Shown here piece by piece: positions 35,510 through 44,109 of a DNA stretch of 64,000 bases. The stretch is from an uncultured Gammaproteobacteria bacterium (lineage in GTDB: Bacteria; Pseudomonadota; Gammaproteobacteria; Steroidobacterales; Foliamicaceae). The position numbers and the translations under genes were made by a program. The stretch covers positions 1,668,212 to 1,732,211 of the forward strand of contig OX639965.1 of NCBI GenBank assembly GCA_951828235.1, written 5' to 3'. Each line of letters starts with the position of its first letter. Position 1 is the stretch's first letter. The notes under the pieces were generated by a model. It had not been told where the DNA came from. It made no database searches and saw only the letters and a list, made by a program, of their open reading frames with translations.

Positions 35510-36322
35510 ATGAGAAAGAATGAACTCGCGGCGCTAGCAATGGCCTGCTCACTGGTCTCGGCGCTGATCGTCCCCGACGGCGCAGTTGGGCAAGCTCCCG
35601 AGCCCGCCTGGGCTCAAGCGCAGCAGGCGGCGCTCGCCGAGGATATCCTCAGCGGAGATGAAGACCGGCGTCAGCGCGCTGTTTTCGTCGCTGAAGCATT
35701 GGGTCCTTCGAGAATCAGTGAAGATGTCCGTGTCGCGCTCATAACGCTATTGGAACAATGCATTGACGCGCGGGCCACAGCCCGTCGACAGGGCATCCCA
35801 CTCAGCGACGCTGTGGATTTTGAGTTTTTTGTTTCGGTCGCTGTAGTTGTTGCCAGTCTCAATGACCCTCGCGCAATACCGGCGCTTACGCGAGTTGGCA
35901 ACTTCTGCTATAGCAGGCACGCCGCGCGCGGACTCGCTTCGTTTGGTGAACAGGCGTTGCCGGCGATTCTGAAATTCTTCGACACCCCGGGAGCGTCGAA
36001 TGGTGCTCTTGCGTATAACATGGATGCACTGTCGATGATGGTCGAAGACATCGGCGCGAAGGGTCTTTCGATGTCGGCGCGTGACCATATTGTTGGTGTC
36101 GCCAGAGATGGCCTCCATAGCCAAGATGAAGGTGTACTTCTCAAAACTGTGGATCTCGCCGTTGCGCTGAACGAGCCCGAGTTGGTTCAAACGGTAGCGG
36201 CGTTCTCTCGGGAGTCCGGCGAACTCGTCGCACGCGGCGTCAGTCCGACAGCGGCGAACTTGCTTCGCAAACGTGCAACCCGTGCCCTTGCCAGGACTTC
36301 AAGCGGGCGATTAACCGAGTAA
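35510..36322 (+). CDS. Hypothetical secreted alpha-helical repeat (HEAT-like) protein.
   Basis: Signal peptide MRKNELAALAMACSLVSALIV and helical-repeat composition. Lower GC than the core genome. Confidence 0.45.
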   Translation: MRKNELAALAMACSLVSALIVPDGAVGQAPEPAWAQAQQAALAEDILSGDEDRRQRAVFVAEALGPSRISEDVRVALITLLEQCIDARATARRQGIPLSDAVDFEFFVSVAVVVASLNDPRAIPALTRVGNFCYSRHAARGLASFGEQALPAILKFFDTPGASNGALAYNMDALSMMVEDIGAKGLSMSARDHIVGVARDGLHSQDEGVLLKTVDLAVALNEPELVQTVAAFSRESGELVARGVSPTAANLLRKRATRALARTSSGRLTE

Positions 36323-36545
36323 ATCTCGCACAACTTCTTTCGCTCTTCCTGCAACACAGGTGCAGTGCCCGTTCATGGCAGTTCGGAAAACAAGATAGAG
36401 CATCCATGGAATGGAAACCCGACAGTTTGGCTGTTCTGGAGGCGGACACTTTACTTGTCCTCCGCGGATGCGCGAATTTTTCCAGGGGTGAACTGCAGGT
36501 GACGAATCCTCGAAGCCGGTGAAGCAGTTTCTGACGACGCGTCGA

Positions 36546-36753
36546 CCGCTGAAGTCTGCTGCCTATTCCATTCGAAGCCTGCCGCGTGAACCGGATTCGT
36601 GCAGGTGTAGTGGCTCTTGGCATTTCTGTGGCGGAGTACTTCCGCCGGCTTGTTGCCCGGGACTTGGCTGAACGGCCCAAAAGCGTTGACCGATCCATCG
36701 TCTTTAATCTTGGCGCATTGGGTGGCGCGGACATTGGAAGTCGGACCGCATGA
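36546..36753 (+). pseudogene. Frameshifted RHH antitoxin remnant.
   Basis: One frame gives ...YSIRSLPREPD and another gives RIRAGVVALGISVAEYFRRLVARDLAERPK.... Together they make an RHH-like sequence. Confidence 0.3.
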
Positions 36754-36781
36754 CAGGAGAGGAGAGCGGCGCCGGGAAGGC

Positions 36782-37582
36782 TCAAGCCTTCTTGAGCGTG
36801 TCCTCGTAGTTGGCGCGGCCCTGCATGCGTGCCTGGATGAGGTCGAGGCCGGCGTGTACCTGGTCGTAGAAACCCACGGCCAGCAATTCACGGCGCAGTT
36901 GCTCGTTGATTCCGGCGCGGGTTGCATGTTCGGCAACCAGTTCGGCGAACCCCTCGCCCGAGGGCTGGGTGGATTTTTCCGCGATGGCGCGAAACAGCGA
37001 GCCGGTGTAAGTGTCCGCCTGAGCGGCCTCGACGCCCTGGGCGCGCAACCAGGCCGAGACGGATTCCAGCAGCTCGAAGTAGGGGGCCATCAGCGCGGAG
37101 ACGGAAAAGAAGGCATCGAGTTGCGCTTCATCGCTGACCTGGATCACGGTGCCGATCGGGTCGAAAAATTTCGCCAGTTGGTCATTCGGCGGACACATCG
37201 CGATGGGGCCCTTGCGCTGCGCCGCCGGGGGGACGGGCGCAACCCTTCCGGCAAGCAATGCAGGCCGGACGCGCCGCCGGATTTCCGCCGAACCCAGCGT
37301 CGCGATGAAGCTCACGACCCGTTGCTCCGGGCGGAACTTCAGCGCTGCAAGCACGGCTTCGGCAACCTGCGGCCGCACGGCAAGGATGACCATTTCCGAG
37401 CGGTCCACCACCTGCTGGTTGTCGGCGGCCACCTCGACCGCGGCATAGCGTTCGCTCAGGTTCCGCGACCGTTCGCGGTTCCTTGGCGAGAGCAGAATCG
37501 ACAGCGCGGACGCCCTGGCCTCGCACAGGCCGGTCACCACCGCCTCGGTAATGGCGCCGGCGCCGATGAATCCAACGTCCAT
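36782..37582 (-). CDS. Pyrroline-5-carboxylate reductase-like NADP oxidoreductase.
   Basis: MDVGFIGAGAITEAV Rossmann start, about 266 aa. The start at 37582 is preferred over the track start. Confidence 0.7.
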   Translation of the reverse strand: MDVGFIGAGAITEAVVTGLCEARASALSILLSPRNRERSRNLSERYAAVEVAADNQQVVDRSEMVILAVRPQVAEAVLAALKFRPEQRVVSFIATLGSAEIRRRVRPALLAGRVAPVPPAAQRKGPIAMCPPNDQLAKFFDPIGTVIQVSDEAQLDAFFSVSALMAPYFELLESVSAWLRAQGVEAAQADTYTGSLFRAIAEKSTQPSGEGFAELVAEHATRAGINEQLRRELLAVGFYDQVHAGLDLIQARMQGRANYEDTLKKA

Positions 37583-37586
37583 TGGC

Positions 37587-38744
37587 CTACTCCGAATCCC
37601 GCTCGAGCAGCAGCCGCTCCATGATCCGCGCGTAGACGCGGCGCAGGCCCTCGACATCGCTGGCCCGGACGCGCTCGTTGACCTGGTGGATGGTGCGGTT
37701 GATCACGCCGAATTCCACCACGTCGGCGCCGTGCAGCGCGATGAAGCGCCCGTCGGAGGTGCCGCCGCCGGTGGACAGCTCCGGGTCGATCCCGCACTCA
37801 TCGCGCACTGTTTCCCGGGCCGTTTCGACCAGCGGGCCGTGGGCGGTCATGAAGGGCTCGCCGGCGGGGAACCATTTGATCTCGTAGTCAATTTCGTGGC
37901 GGCTGAGGAGGTTCTCGACCCATTCCTTGATCTGGTCGCTCCGCCACTCGGTGTTGAAGCGGAAGTTAAAGCGTGTAACCAGTTCGCCGGGAAACACGTT
38001 GGTCGCGCCGGCGTCGGCATGAACCCGCACGACCTGGAAGCCGGTGGGAGGAAAATTGTCGTTGCCCTGATCGAGCGGCGTGGCGTACAGGTCCGCGAGC
38101 ACCGGCGCGAAACTCTGTATCGGGTTTTGCGCCAGCGCGGGGTAGGCAACGTGGCCCTGTTCGCCACGCACGGTCATGATGGCGCTGAGCGAGCCGCGCC
38201 GGCCGACCCGCAGGGTGTCGCCGAGCTGCTCCGAGCAGGAAGGCTCGCCCACCACGCACCAGTCGATCATTTCGTCGCGGGCGCTGAGCGTGTCCATGAC
38301 CCTGCGGGTGCCGTCGGTTGCCGGTCCTTCCTCGTCGCTGGTGATGAGGAAGGCCACCGAGCCGCGGTGATCGGGGTGGTCGTTAGCGAAATCGATACCG
38401 GCGCGGACCATGGCCGCGATGCCGGTTTTCATGTCCGCGGCGCCGCGCCCCTTGAGCCAGCCGTCGCTCAGCTCCGGCTCGAAGGGATCGTGGTCCCAGT
38501 CCTTGCGCGGCCCAGGCGGCACCACATCGGTGTGGCCGGCAAAGCACAGCACCGGCGAGTCGCCGCCGTGCCGCGCCCAGAGGTTGGACACCTTGCCGAA
38601 GGGCATGTGCTCGACGCTGAAGCCGGCCTCTTCCAGCAGCCCGCCCAGGAGCTCCTGGCAACCGCCGTCGGCGGGCGTGACCGACCGCCGGCGCATCAGG
38701 TCCAGCGCCAGATCGAGTGTTTGTTGATCGCGGGCGTCATTCAT
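37587..38744 (-). CDS. dapE: Succinyl-diaminopimelate desuccinylase.
   Basis: M20 peptidase motifs ([14 protein letters not shown]). Adjacent to and overlapping dapD. Confidence 0.88.
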   Translation of the reverse strand: MNDARDQQTLDLALDLMRRRSVTPADGGCQELLGGLLEEAGFSVEHMPFGKVSNLWARHGGDSPVLCFAGHTDVVPPGPRKDWDHDPFEPELSDGWLKGRGAADMKTGIAAMVRAGIDFANDHPDHRGSVAFLITSDEEGPATDGTRRVMDTLSARDEMIDWCVVGEPSCSEQLGDTLRVGRRGSLSAIMTVRGEQGHVAYPALAQNPIQSFAPVLADLYATPLDQGNDNFPPTGFQVVRVHADAGATNVFPGELVTRFNFRFNTEWRSDQIKEWVENLLSRHEIDYEIKWFPAGEPFMTAHGPLVETARETVRDECGIDPELSTGGGTSDGRFIALHGADVVEFGVINRTIHQVNERVRASDVEGLRRVYARIMERLLLERDSE

Positions 38745-39549
38745 CGCGCAACAACTCGTTCAAAGACGTGCGCGTGCGGGTGCGCTCGTCCACCTGCTTG
38801 ACGATCACCGCGCAATAGAGCTGCGCGCGGCTCTTGCCGTCCGGCAGGCTGCCAGGCACCACCACCGAGCCGGCGGGGACCCGCCCGTACAGGACCTCGT
38901 CGCGGGCCCGGTCATAGATTCGCGTGCTCTGGCCGATGTAGACGCCCATCGCGATGACCGCGCCGCGCTCCACGATGACGCCCTCGACGATCTCGGAGCG
39001 GGCGCCGATGAAGCAATCGTCCTCGATGATGGTGGGCGTGGCCTGCAGGGGCTCCAGCACGCCGCCGATCCCGGCGCCCCCGGACAGGTGCACGTTCTTG
39101 CCGATCTGGGCACAGCTTCCCACCGTGGCCCAGGTGTCGATAAGCGTGCCGCTGTCCACGTAGGCGCCGATATTCACGTAGCTGGGCATGAGCACCACGC
39201 CCGGCGCGATGTAGGCGCCTCGCCGCACCAGCGCATCGGGCACCACGCGCACGCCGGACGAGGCGATGTCGCCGCTTGCGAATTTCAGAGGCACCTTGTC
39301 GAAAAAACGCGTGTGCCCCGCGGGAATCTCGCGGCTGGGCGTGATCGCGAAATAAAGGAGCACCGCCTTCTTGAGCCACTCATTGACCCGCCAGCCGTCG
39401 TCGGTCGGTTCGGCGACGCGGGCCTTGCCGCTGTCGAGCAGGCCGATGGCCTCGTCGATGGCCGCGCGCAGCCCGGCGGGCGCGCTGTCGGGCGCGAGTT
39501 CCGTACGCTGTTTGTACGCGGCTTCGATGATGTTGCGCAGCTCTTGCAC
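38737..39549 (-). CDS. dapD: Tetrahydrodipicolinate N-succinyltransferase.
   Basis: Hexapeptide-repeat region and typical N-terminal domain, 270 aa. Confidence 0.9.
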   Translation of the reverse strand: MQELRNIIEAAYKQRTELAPDSAPAGLRAAIDEAIGLLDSGKARVAEPTDDGWRVNEWLKKAVLLYFAITPSREIPAGHTRFFDKVPLKFASGDIASSGVRVVPDALVRRGAYIAPGVVLMPSYVNIGAYVDSGTLIDTWATVGSCAQIGKNVHLSGGAGIGGVLEPLQATPTIIEDDCFIGARSEIVEGVIVERGAVIAMGVYIGQSTRIYDRARDEVLYGRVPAGSVVVPGSLPDGKSRAQLYCAVIVKQVDERTRTRTSLNELLRDE

Positions 39550-39627
39550 TTCAGGCTCTCGGGAGTGATTTCCGCCGCTTATCCCACGGCGCGCGCAATT
39601 ATCGCATCATGGCGATGCGGGCCCTTC

Positions 39628-39697
39628 GCGCGGTGTTGCACCCTTCCCTTCGTCGCCACTTCGCGACGCTCCTGCCGGGAAGGGTGCAACACCGCGC
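39628..39697 (+). repeat. REP-like nested hairpin, copy 3.
   Basis: GCGCGGTGTTGCACCCTTCCCTTCGTCGCCACTTCGCGACGCTCCTGCCGGGAAGGGTGCAACACCGCGC. Confidence 0.85.
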
Positions 39698-39732
39698 TCC
39701 AGCATGCGCGCAAGAAACGCCCGAGAGCCCAG

Positions 39733-40749
39733 TCAGGTGGAGAGGTTCTGAATGAAGCGGCGCGTGCAGCGCTTCCAGCTGAATTGTTCGGCATAGCGCC
39801 GACAGTCCTCGCGATCGAGTTCGAGCGCCGACTGAATGGCGCCGGCCAGGTCCTCGTTCATCGCCGCAACCCGTCGATCGCGCAAAACATCAAGCGGCCC
39901 CGGAACCGGATACGCCGCCACCGGGGTCCCACAGGCCAGCGCTTCCAGCATGACGAGGCCGAAGGTGTCGGTGCGGCTTGGAAAGACGAATACGTCGGCG
40001 GCTCCGTAATGGGCAGCCAGTTCCTCGCCGAACCTGGCGCCGGTGAACAGCGTGTCCGGGTAATGCGCCGTGTAATTGTCGAGCGCCGGGCCATCGCCGA
40101 CGACCACCTTGCTGCCGGTAAGGTCCAGCCCGAGGAAATCCGGCAGGCCCTTCTCCACGGAAACCCGCCCGACGTACATCTGTATCGGCCGGGGAAGGTC
40201 CTGCAGACACGCGGGTACCGGCAGGCCGGGCCGGAACAACTCCGCGTCCACTCCCCGCATCCAGGGTCGCGTGTTCGGGAGTCCTCGTTGCTGGAGCTCC
40301 CGGCGCAGAGTGGGCGTGGCCACCATCACGCCGCGCGCCGGGCGATGGAACCAGCGCATGGCCTTCCATCCCCAGCTCACCGGCAGCCGGCAGCGGGCGT
40401 GCAGGTACTCGGGATAGCGGGTGTGCAGGGACGTGGTAAAGCCGCGCTTTCTTCGCAGGCACCAGCGGCGTGCCGCCAGGCCCAGCGGCCCTTCGGTGGC
40501 GATATGGATAACGGCGGGGTCCAGTGCGTCCAGGCGCCGGCCCAGCGCCCACCAGGCGTTTGCCGCCAATCGGATTTCCGGGTAGCCGGGGCAGGGCAGG
40601 GTCCGAAACTGGCCGGGGTGAATGACGTGCATTTTCAGGCCAAGGCATTCGGATTCCCGGAGGACCGTTTCCAGGGTGCGGACCACGCCGTTCACCTGCG
40701 GTTTCCATGCGTCGGTGACGCAGGCGACGGTCAGTCGGCCTTCGATCAC
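39733..40749 (-). CDS. Family 4 (GT-B) glycosyltransferase.
   Basis: VFVFPSRTDTFGLVMLEALACGTPV and an N-terminal KPQVNGVV. A GTG start at 40749 gives a GTGA overlap with the upstream stop. Confidence 0.8.
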   Translation of the reverse strand: MIEGRLTVACVTDAWKPQVNGVVRTLETVLRESECLGLKMHVIHPGQFRTLPCPGYPEIRLAANAWWALGRRLDALDPAVIHIATEGPLGLAARRWCLRRKRGFTTSLHTRYPEYLHARCRLPVSWGWKAMRWFHRPARGVMVATPTLRRELQQRGLPNTRPWMRGVDAELFRPGLPVPACLQDLPRPIQMYVGRVSVEKGLPDFLGLDLTGSKVVVGDGPALDNYTAHYPDTLFTGARFGEELAAHYGAADVFVFPSRTDTFGLVMLEALACGTPVAAYPVPGPLDVLRDRRVAAMNEDLAGAIQSALELDREDCRRYAEQFSWKRCTRRFIQNLST

Positions 40750-41612
40750 GCGGCTTTTCTGAATTCTGTCGGTCCGGGGCATTCGTCGGTCCAATCCTTG
40801 CCATCGATCAACTTGAGTTCGCCGGCGTGAGTCTCGCAAAGGGCGCTCAAGCTTTCGACCCAATCGCCGTCATTGCAATACAGCACACCGTCGATCATGC
40901 GCATTTCGGGTCGGTGTGTGTGACCGCAGATCACGCCCTTCAGCTTGCGTCTGCGCGCTTCCGCCGCCAGCCTTTCCGGGTAGCTGCGCGCGCCCGACAC
41001 TACCCGCTTGATCCAGCGCTTCAGCCAGGCGGACAGCGAGCGCTCGCGCAACCCTGCAAGTCTCATCAGTTTCATTATGACCACGCTCAAGCGCAGCAGC
41101 CATTCGTAGAGCAGACCTCCAAGAGAACTCAGCCAGGGGGTGTGCTTCTGCACCGGGTCGTACTCGTCGCCATGGCAAACTAGCATGCGGCGGCCGTCAC
41201 GGCAGCGGTAGATGTGCTCACGGCGGATCTCCACGCCCCTGATTCGGAGGCCGCCCAGGCATCGGAAAGCTTCGTCGTGGTTTCCGGGAATAAAGATCAC
41301 GCGCGTCCCGTTGCGGGCCATCGCGAAGAGTTTTCGGACGACCTGCGAGTGGTTGCGGGGCCAATACCATTTGCGCCGCAGGGCCCACACGTCGATGATG
41401 TCGCCGACCAGGTAGAGCGTTTCGCATTCCAGCCGGCCCAGGAATGCGCGCAACTCGTTGGCCTTGCATCCCCGGGAACCGATATGGGTGTCGGAGAGGA
41501 ATACCGTCCGGCAGCGGATTTCGGCGCGCGTGTCGGTGACCTTCGTTTCGGCGCCGTCCCTGTAGACGGGGAACGGCAGGGCGGTTGGGCCTCCGCCCAA
41601 AGAGTTGATCAA
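40746..41612 (-). CDS. Metallophosphoesterase, UDP-2,3-diacylglucosamine hydrolase (LpxH)-like.
   Basis: FLSDTHIG, LVGDIID, IPGNHDE, CHGD. Confidence 0.75.
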   Translation of the reverse strand: MINSLGGGPTALPFPVYRDGAETKVTDTRAEIRCRTVFLSDTHIGSRGCKANELRAFLGRLECETLYLVGDIIDVWALRRKWYWPRNHSQVVRKLFAMARNGTRVIFIPGNHDEAFRCLGGLRIRGVEIRREHIYRCRDGRRMLVCHGDEYDPVQKHTPWLSSLGGLLYEWLLRLSVVIMKLMRLAGLRERSLSAWLKRWIKRVVSGARSYPERLAAEARRRKLKGVICGHTHRPEMRMIDGVLYCNDGDWVESLSALCETHAGELKLIDGKDWTDECPGPTEFRKAA

Positions 41613-41732
41613 GTAACAGCTCCCCCGGTATCCACGCCCGGATATCGTGATCCCGCAACCTTTCCTCGCGATTACAACTACTTGACGGTTTCGCGACGCA
41701 ATTGCTTCAATTTCGTGAATGGAGACTCTTCG

Positions 41733-42335
41733 TCAGGAGGAGTGCAGGGTCCGGGCGAGGGTTGCGAGGCGGCGGCCGAGGGCTTCCGCCAGGGTTTTCT
41801 CGTCCGCCGTGAGGCCGTCGTCGCTGGTTCGCTCGACATGCGACGCGCCGTACGGCGAGCCGCCGGACATCGTCTTGCGCAATTCGGGCACGGTGTAGGG
41901 GATTCCGGCGATCAGCATTCCGTGGTGCATCAGGGGCACTGCCAGCGACAGCAGCGTGGCCTCCTGTCCGCCGTGCATGCTGTTCGACGACGTGAATACG
42001 GCGGCGGGCTTGTCCACCAGCAGGCCGGAGACCCATTCCGCCGCCAGGCCGTCGAGAAAATGCTGAATGGGCGCGCTGGGGGCGCCGAAGCGGGTGGGAC
42101 TGCCCAGCGCCAGGCCGGCGCAATCCCTGAGGTCGTCCTTGCTGACGTACGGGGCGCCGCTTTCGGGCACGGCGGGCAGGGCTTCGCCGGATTGTGCGGC
42201 GACCGGGGGCGTGGCCCGCAGCACGGCTTCGCAGCCTGCGATCATTTCTATGCCTCTGCCGATGGCCCTTGCCAGGGCCTCGGTGGCGCCCTTCACCGAG
42301 TAATACACCACCAGGATTTTGCGTTCGCTGCTCAA
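41733..42335 (-). CDS. wrbA: NAD(P)H:quinone oxidoreductase, WrbA-type flavodoxin-like protein.
   Basis: ILVVYYSVKGATEALA start, about 200 aa. Confidence 0.8.
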   Translation of the reverse strand: MSSERKILVVYYSVKGATEALARAIGRGIEMIAGCEAVLRATPPVAAQSGEALPAVPESGAPYVSKDDLRDCAGLALGSPTRFGAPSAPIQHFLDGLAAEWVSGLLVDKPAAVFTSSNSMHGGQEATLLSLAVPLMHHGMLIAGIPYTVPELRKTMSGGSPYGASHVERTSDDGLTADEKTLAEALGRRLATLARTLHSS

Positions 42336-42345
42336 TGCATGGGCG

Positions 42346-43662
42346 TCAGACGACGATGACGGGGTCGGTGAGGGTGTGGATGGGTTCGGCGCCGTGAGCG
42401 GTAATCAGGCTTAAGTCCTCCATGTGCGCGGAGCCGCCGATGCCCGTGTTCATCACGGGGCAATCCACGCTGATGATCATGCCGGGCTGAAGCCTGAGGT
42501 CCTCCTTCACCCAGTAGGGACGCCCGTCCTGACCGGGCTCGTCGGTGTGCGTAAGGCCCACGCTGTGCGGCGCGAACGGAATGTCGAAGTCCAGGCCCGA
42601 GTCCCGCACCGCCTTCTGGCCGATCGGGGGGATTTCCGAATAGCGCAGCCCGGGCCGCAGTTTCTCGCGTATCGCCTCCCAGCCGATATGCATCGCCCGG
42701 GTCGCATCGCGCATGGCGTTCGCCGGTTCGCCGACGAAGATGGTGCGCGCGAAGTCCCCGTGGTAATGCCAGCCGTGGCTGACGCAGTCGATGAAGAAGG
42801 CCGACCCCTCGCCGAACTCGAAGTCGACGACTTCGGAGATCATGCGATCGATCGACATGAAGACGCCTGCGTTGCCGCGGCTGGCGGCCTCTGAGAAGAA
42901 CGACGCCCGCAACTCCTGGGTGGTGGCGCCTTCGCGCGCCGTGCCGGCGGCGGCCAGGGCGGCGTCGGCGTTGGCCTGCGAGGCCAGGCGCATCAGTTCG
43001 ATCTCGCGTGGTGACTTGACCAGTCTTATCTTGCGCAGGGTGTTGTCGCCCGCCACCGCCGTGGCCTTGAGAGGCGAGTATTCGAGCATTGCCATGATCG
43101 CCATGTGGTCGACGCCGACACGGCCTTTGTCCATGTCCAGGGCGCGCGCAGCCTTCACCATCGCCCATTCGCGCTCGGCGCTGAGGCCGTTGCGCGCGGC
43201 GGCTGCCTGCACTGCGGCCCGCCGGTGGGTTTCGACCGCGTCCACCGGGGCTTCGCCCTTGTCGCGGTAGATGCGGAGCTCGCCGGCGCCGGGTTCCTCG
43301 ACATCGCCCAGAACGGCAGTCGCGGTTACCGCGCGGTGAGTGTATACGTAGGGTTCCACGCCGCCGTCAAAGTGGGAGTCGGCGTATACGAGGTAGTAGA
43401 GAAACTGCGGGATGACCAGCGCCACCGGCTTTTTCGGATCGGCGGAGAGCAAGGCCAGGGTGGGTGCGGGGAAACCCATTTTTCCGAGTTGCGGCCAGTA
43501 CCCGGTCAGGTGAAAGACGTTGACCGGCTCGGCCACGATCAGTCCGGACAGCGATTCCTGCTGCAAGACCTTCTCGGCCCGTTCGCGATTAAAGAGCGGC
43601 CCTCCCCTGAGCAGCGAACCGCCTGCGGCGAACGTCTCCCGGAACGACTCGTGAGGGTGCAT
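42346..43662 (-). CDS. M24-family metallopeptidase (Xaa-Pro aminopeptidase / creatinase-like).
   Basis: Creatinase-type N-terminal domain plus a pita-bread C-terminal domain (HSVGLTHTDEP, MIISVDCP). Confidence 0.75.
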   Translation of the reverse strand: MHPHESFRETFAAGGSLLRGGPLFNRERAEKVLQQESLSGLIVAEPVNVFHLTGYWPQLGKMGFPAPTLALLSADPKKPVALVIPQFLYYLVYADSHFDGGVEPYVYTHRAVTATAVLGDVEEPGAGELRIYRDKGEAPVDAVETHRRAAVQAAAARNGLSAEREWAMVKAARALDMDKGRVGVDHMAIMAMLEYSPLKATAVAGDNTLRKIRLVKSPREIELMRLASQANADAALAAAGTAREGATTQELRASFFSEAASRGNAGVFMSIDRMISEVVDFEFGEGSAFFIDCVSHGWHYHGDFARTIFVGEPANAMRDATRAMHIGWEAIREKLRPGLRYSEIPPIGQKAVRDSGLDFDIPFAPHSVGLTHTDEPGQDGRPYWVKEDLRLQPGMIISVDCPVMNTGIGGSAHMEDLSLITAHGAEPIHTLTDPVIVV

Positions 43663-43716
43663 GGTCGATTGATTCTAACGCGCCGCCGCAAATGACCGAC
43701 CGGGTAAAATGACCCC

Positions 43717-44001
43717 ATGTCCGCAGAGGTCTGCCGCCGCTACATCGTTTCGGGACGCGTGCAGGGCGTGTTCTTTCGCGCCAGCACCGCCAGCGTTGCA
43801 CACCGCCTCGGACTGCGCGGGCGCGCCAGGAATTTGCCCGACGGCAACGTGATGGTCCTGGCCGTGGGGCCCGAATCGGCAGTGGACGAACTGGGCGAGT
43901 GGCTGCGCCATGGACCGTCGTCCGCCCAGGTAGCCGATGTTCAGCAGGCCGATGAGCAGGTGGACGAGTGGCAGCACCTGCCCGACTTCAGAACGCACTG
44001 A
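43717..44001 (+). CDS. acyP: Acylphosphatase.
   Basis: VSGRVQGVFFRAST...GRARNLPDGNVMVL. Confidence 0.85.
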   Translation: MSAEVCRRYIVSGRVQGVFFRASTASVAHRLGLRGRARNLPDGNVMVLAVGPESAVDELGEWLRHGPSSAQVADVQQADEQVDEWQHLPDFRTH

Positions 44002-44023
44002 CGCCCACTGACGAGGCCCTGAC

Positions 44024-44093
44024 GCCCACTAAAGCGCGTCGCCGCACCCTTCCCGGCAGGAGCGTCGCGAAGTGGCTCCGAAGGAAAAGGTGC
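44024..44093 (-). repeat. REP-like nested hairpin, copy 4 (inverted relative to copies 1-3).
   Basis: GCGCGTCGCCGCACCCTTCCCGGCAGGAGCGTCGCGAAGTGGCTCCGAAGGAAAAGGTGCGGCGACGCGC. Confidence 0.85.
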
Positions 44094-44109
44094 GGCGACG
44101 CGCGAAGGG

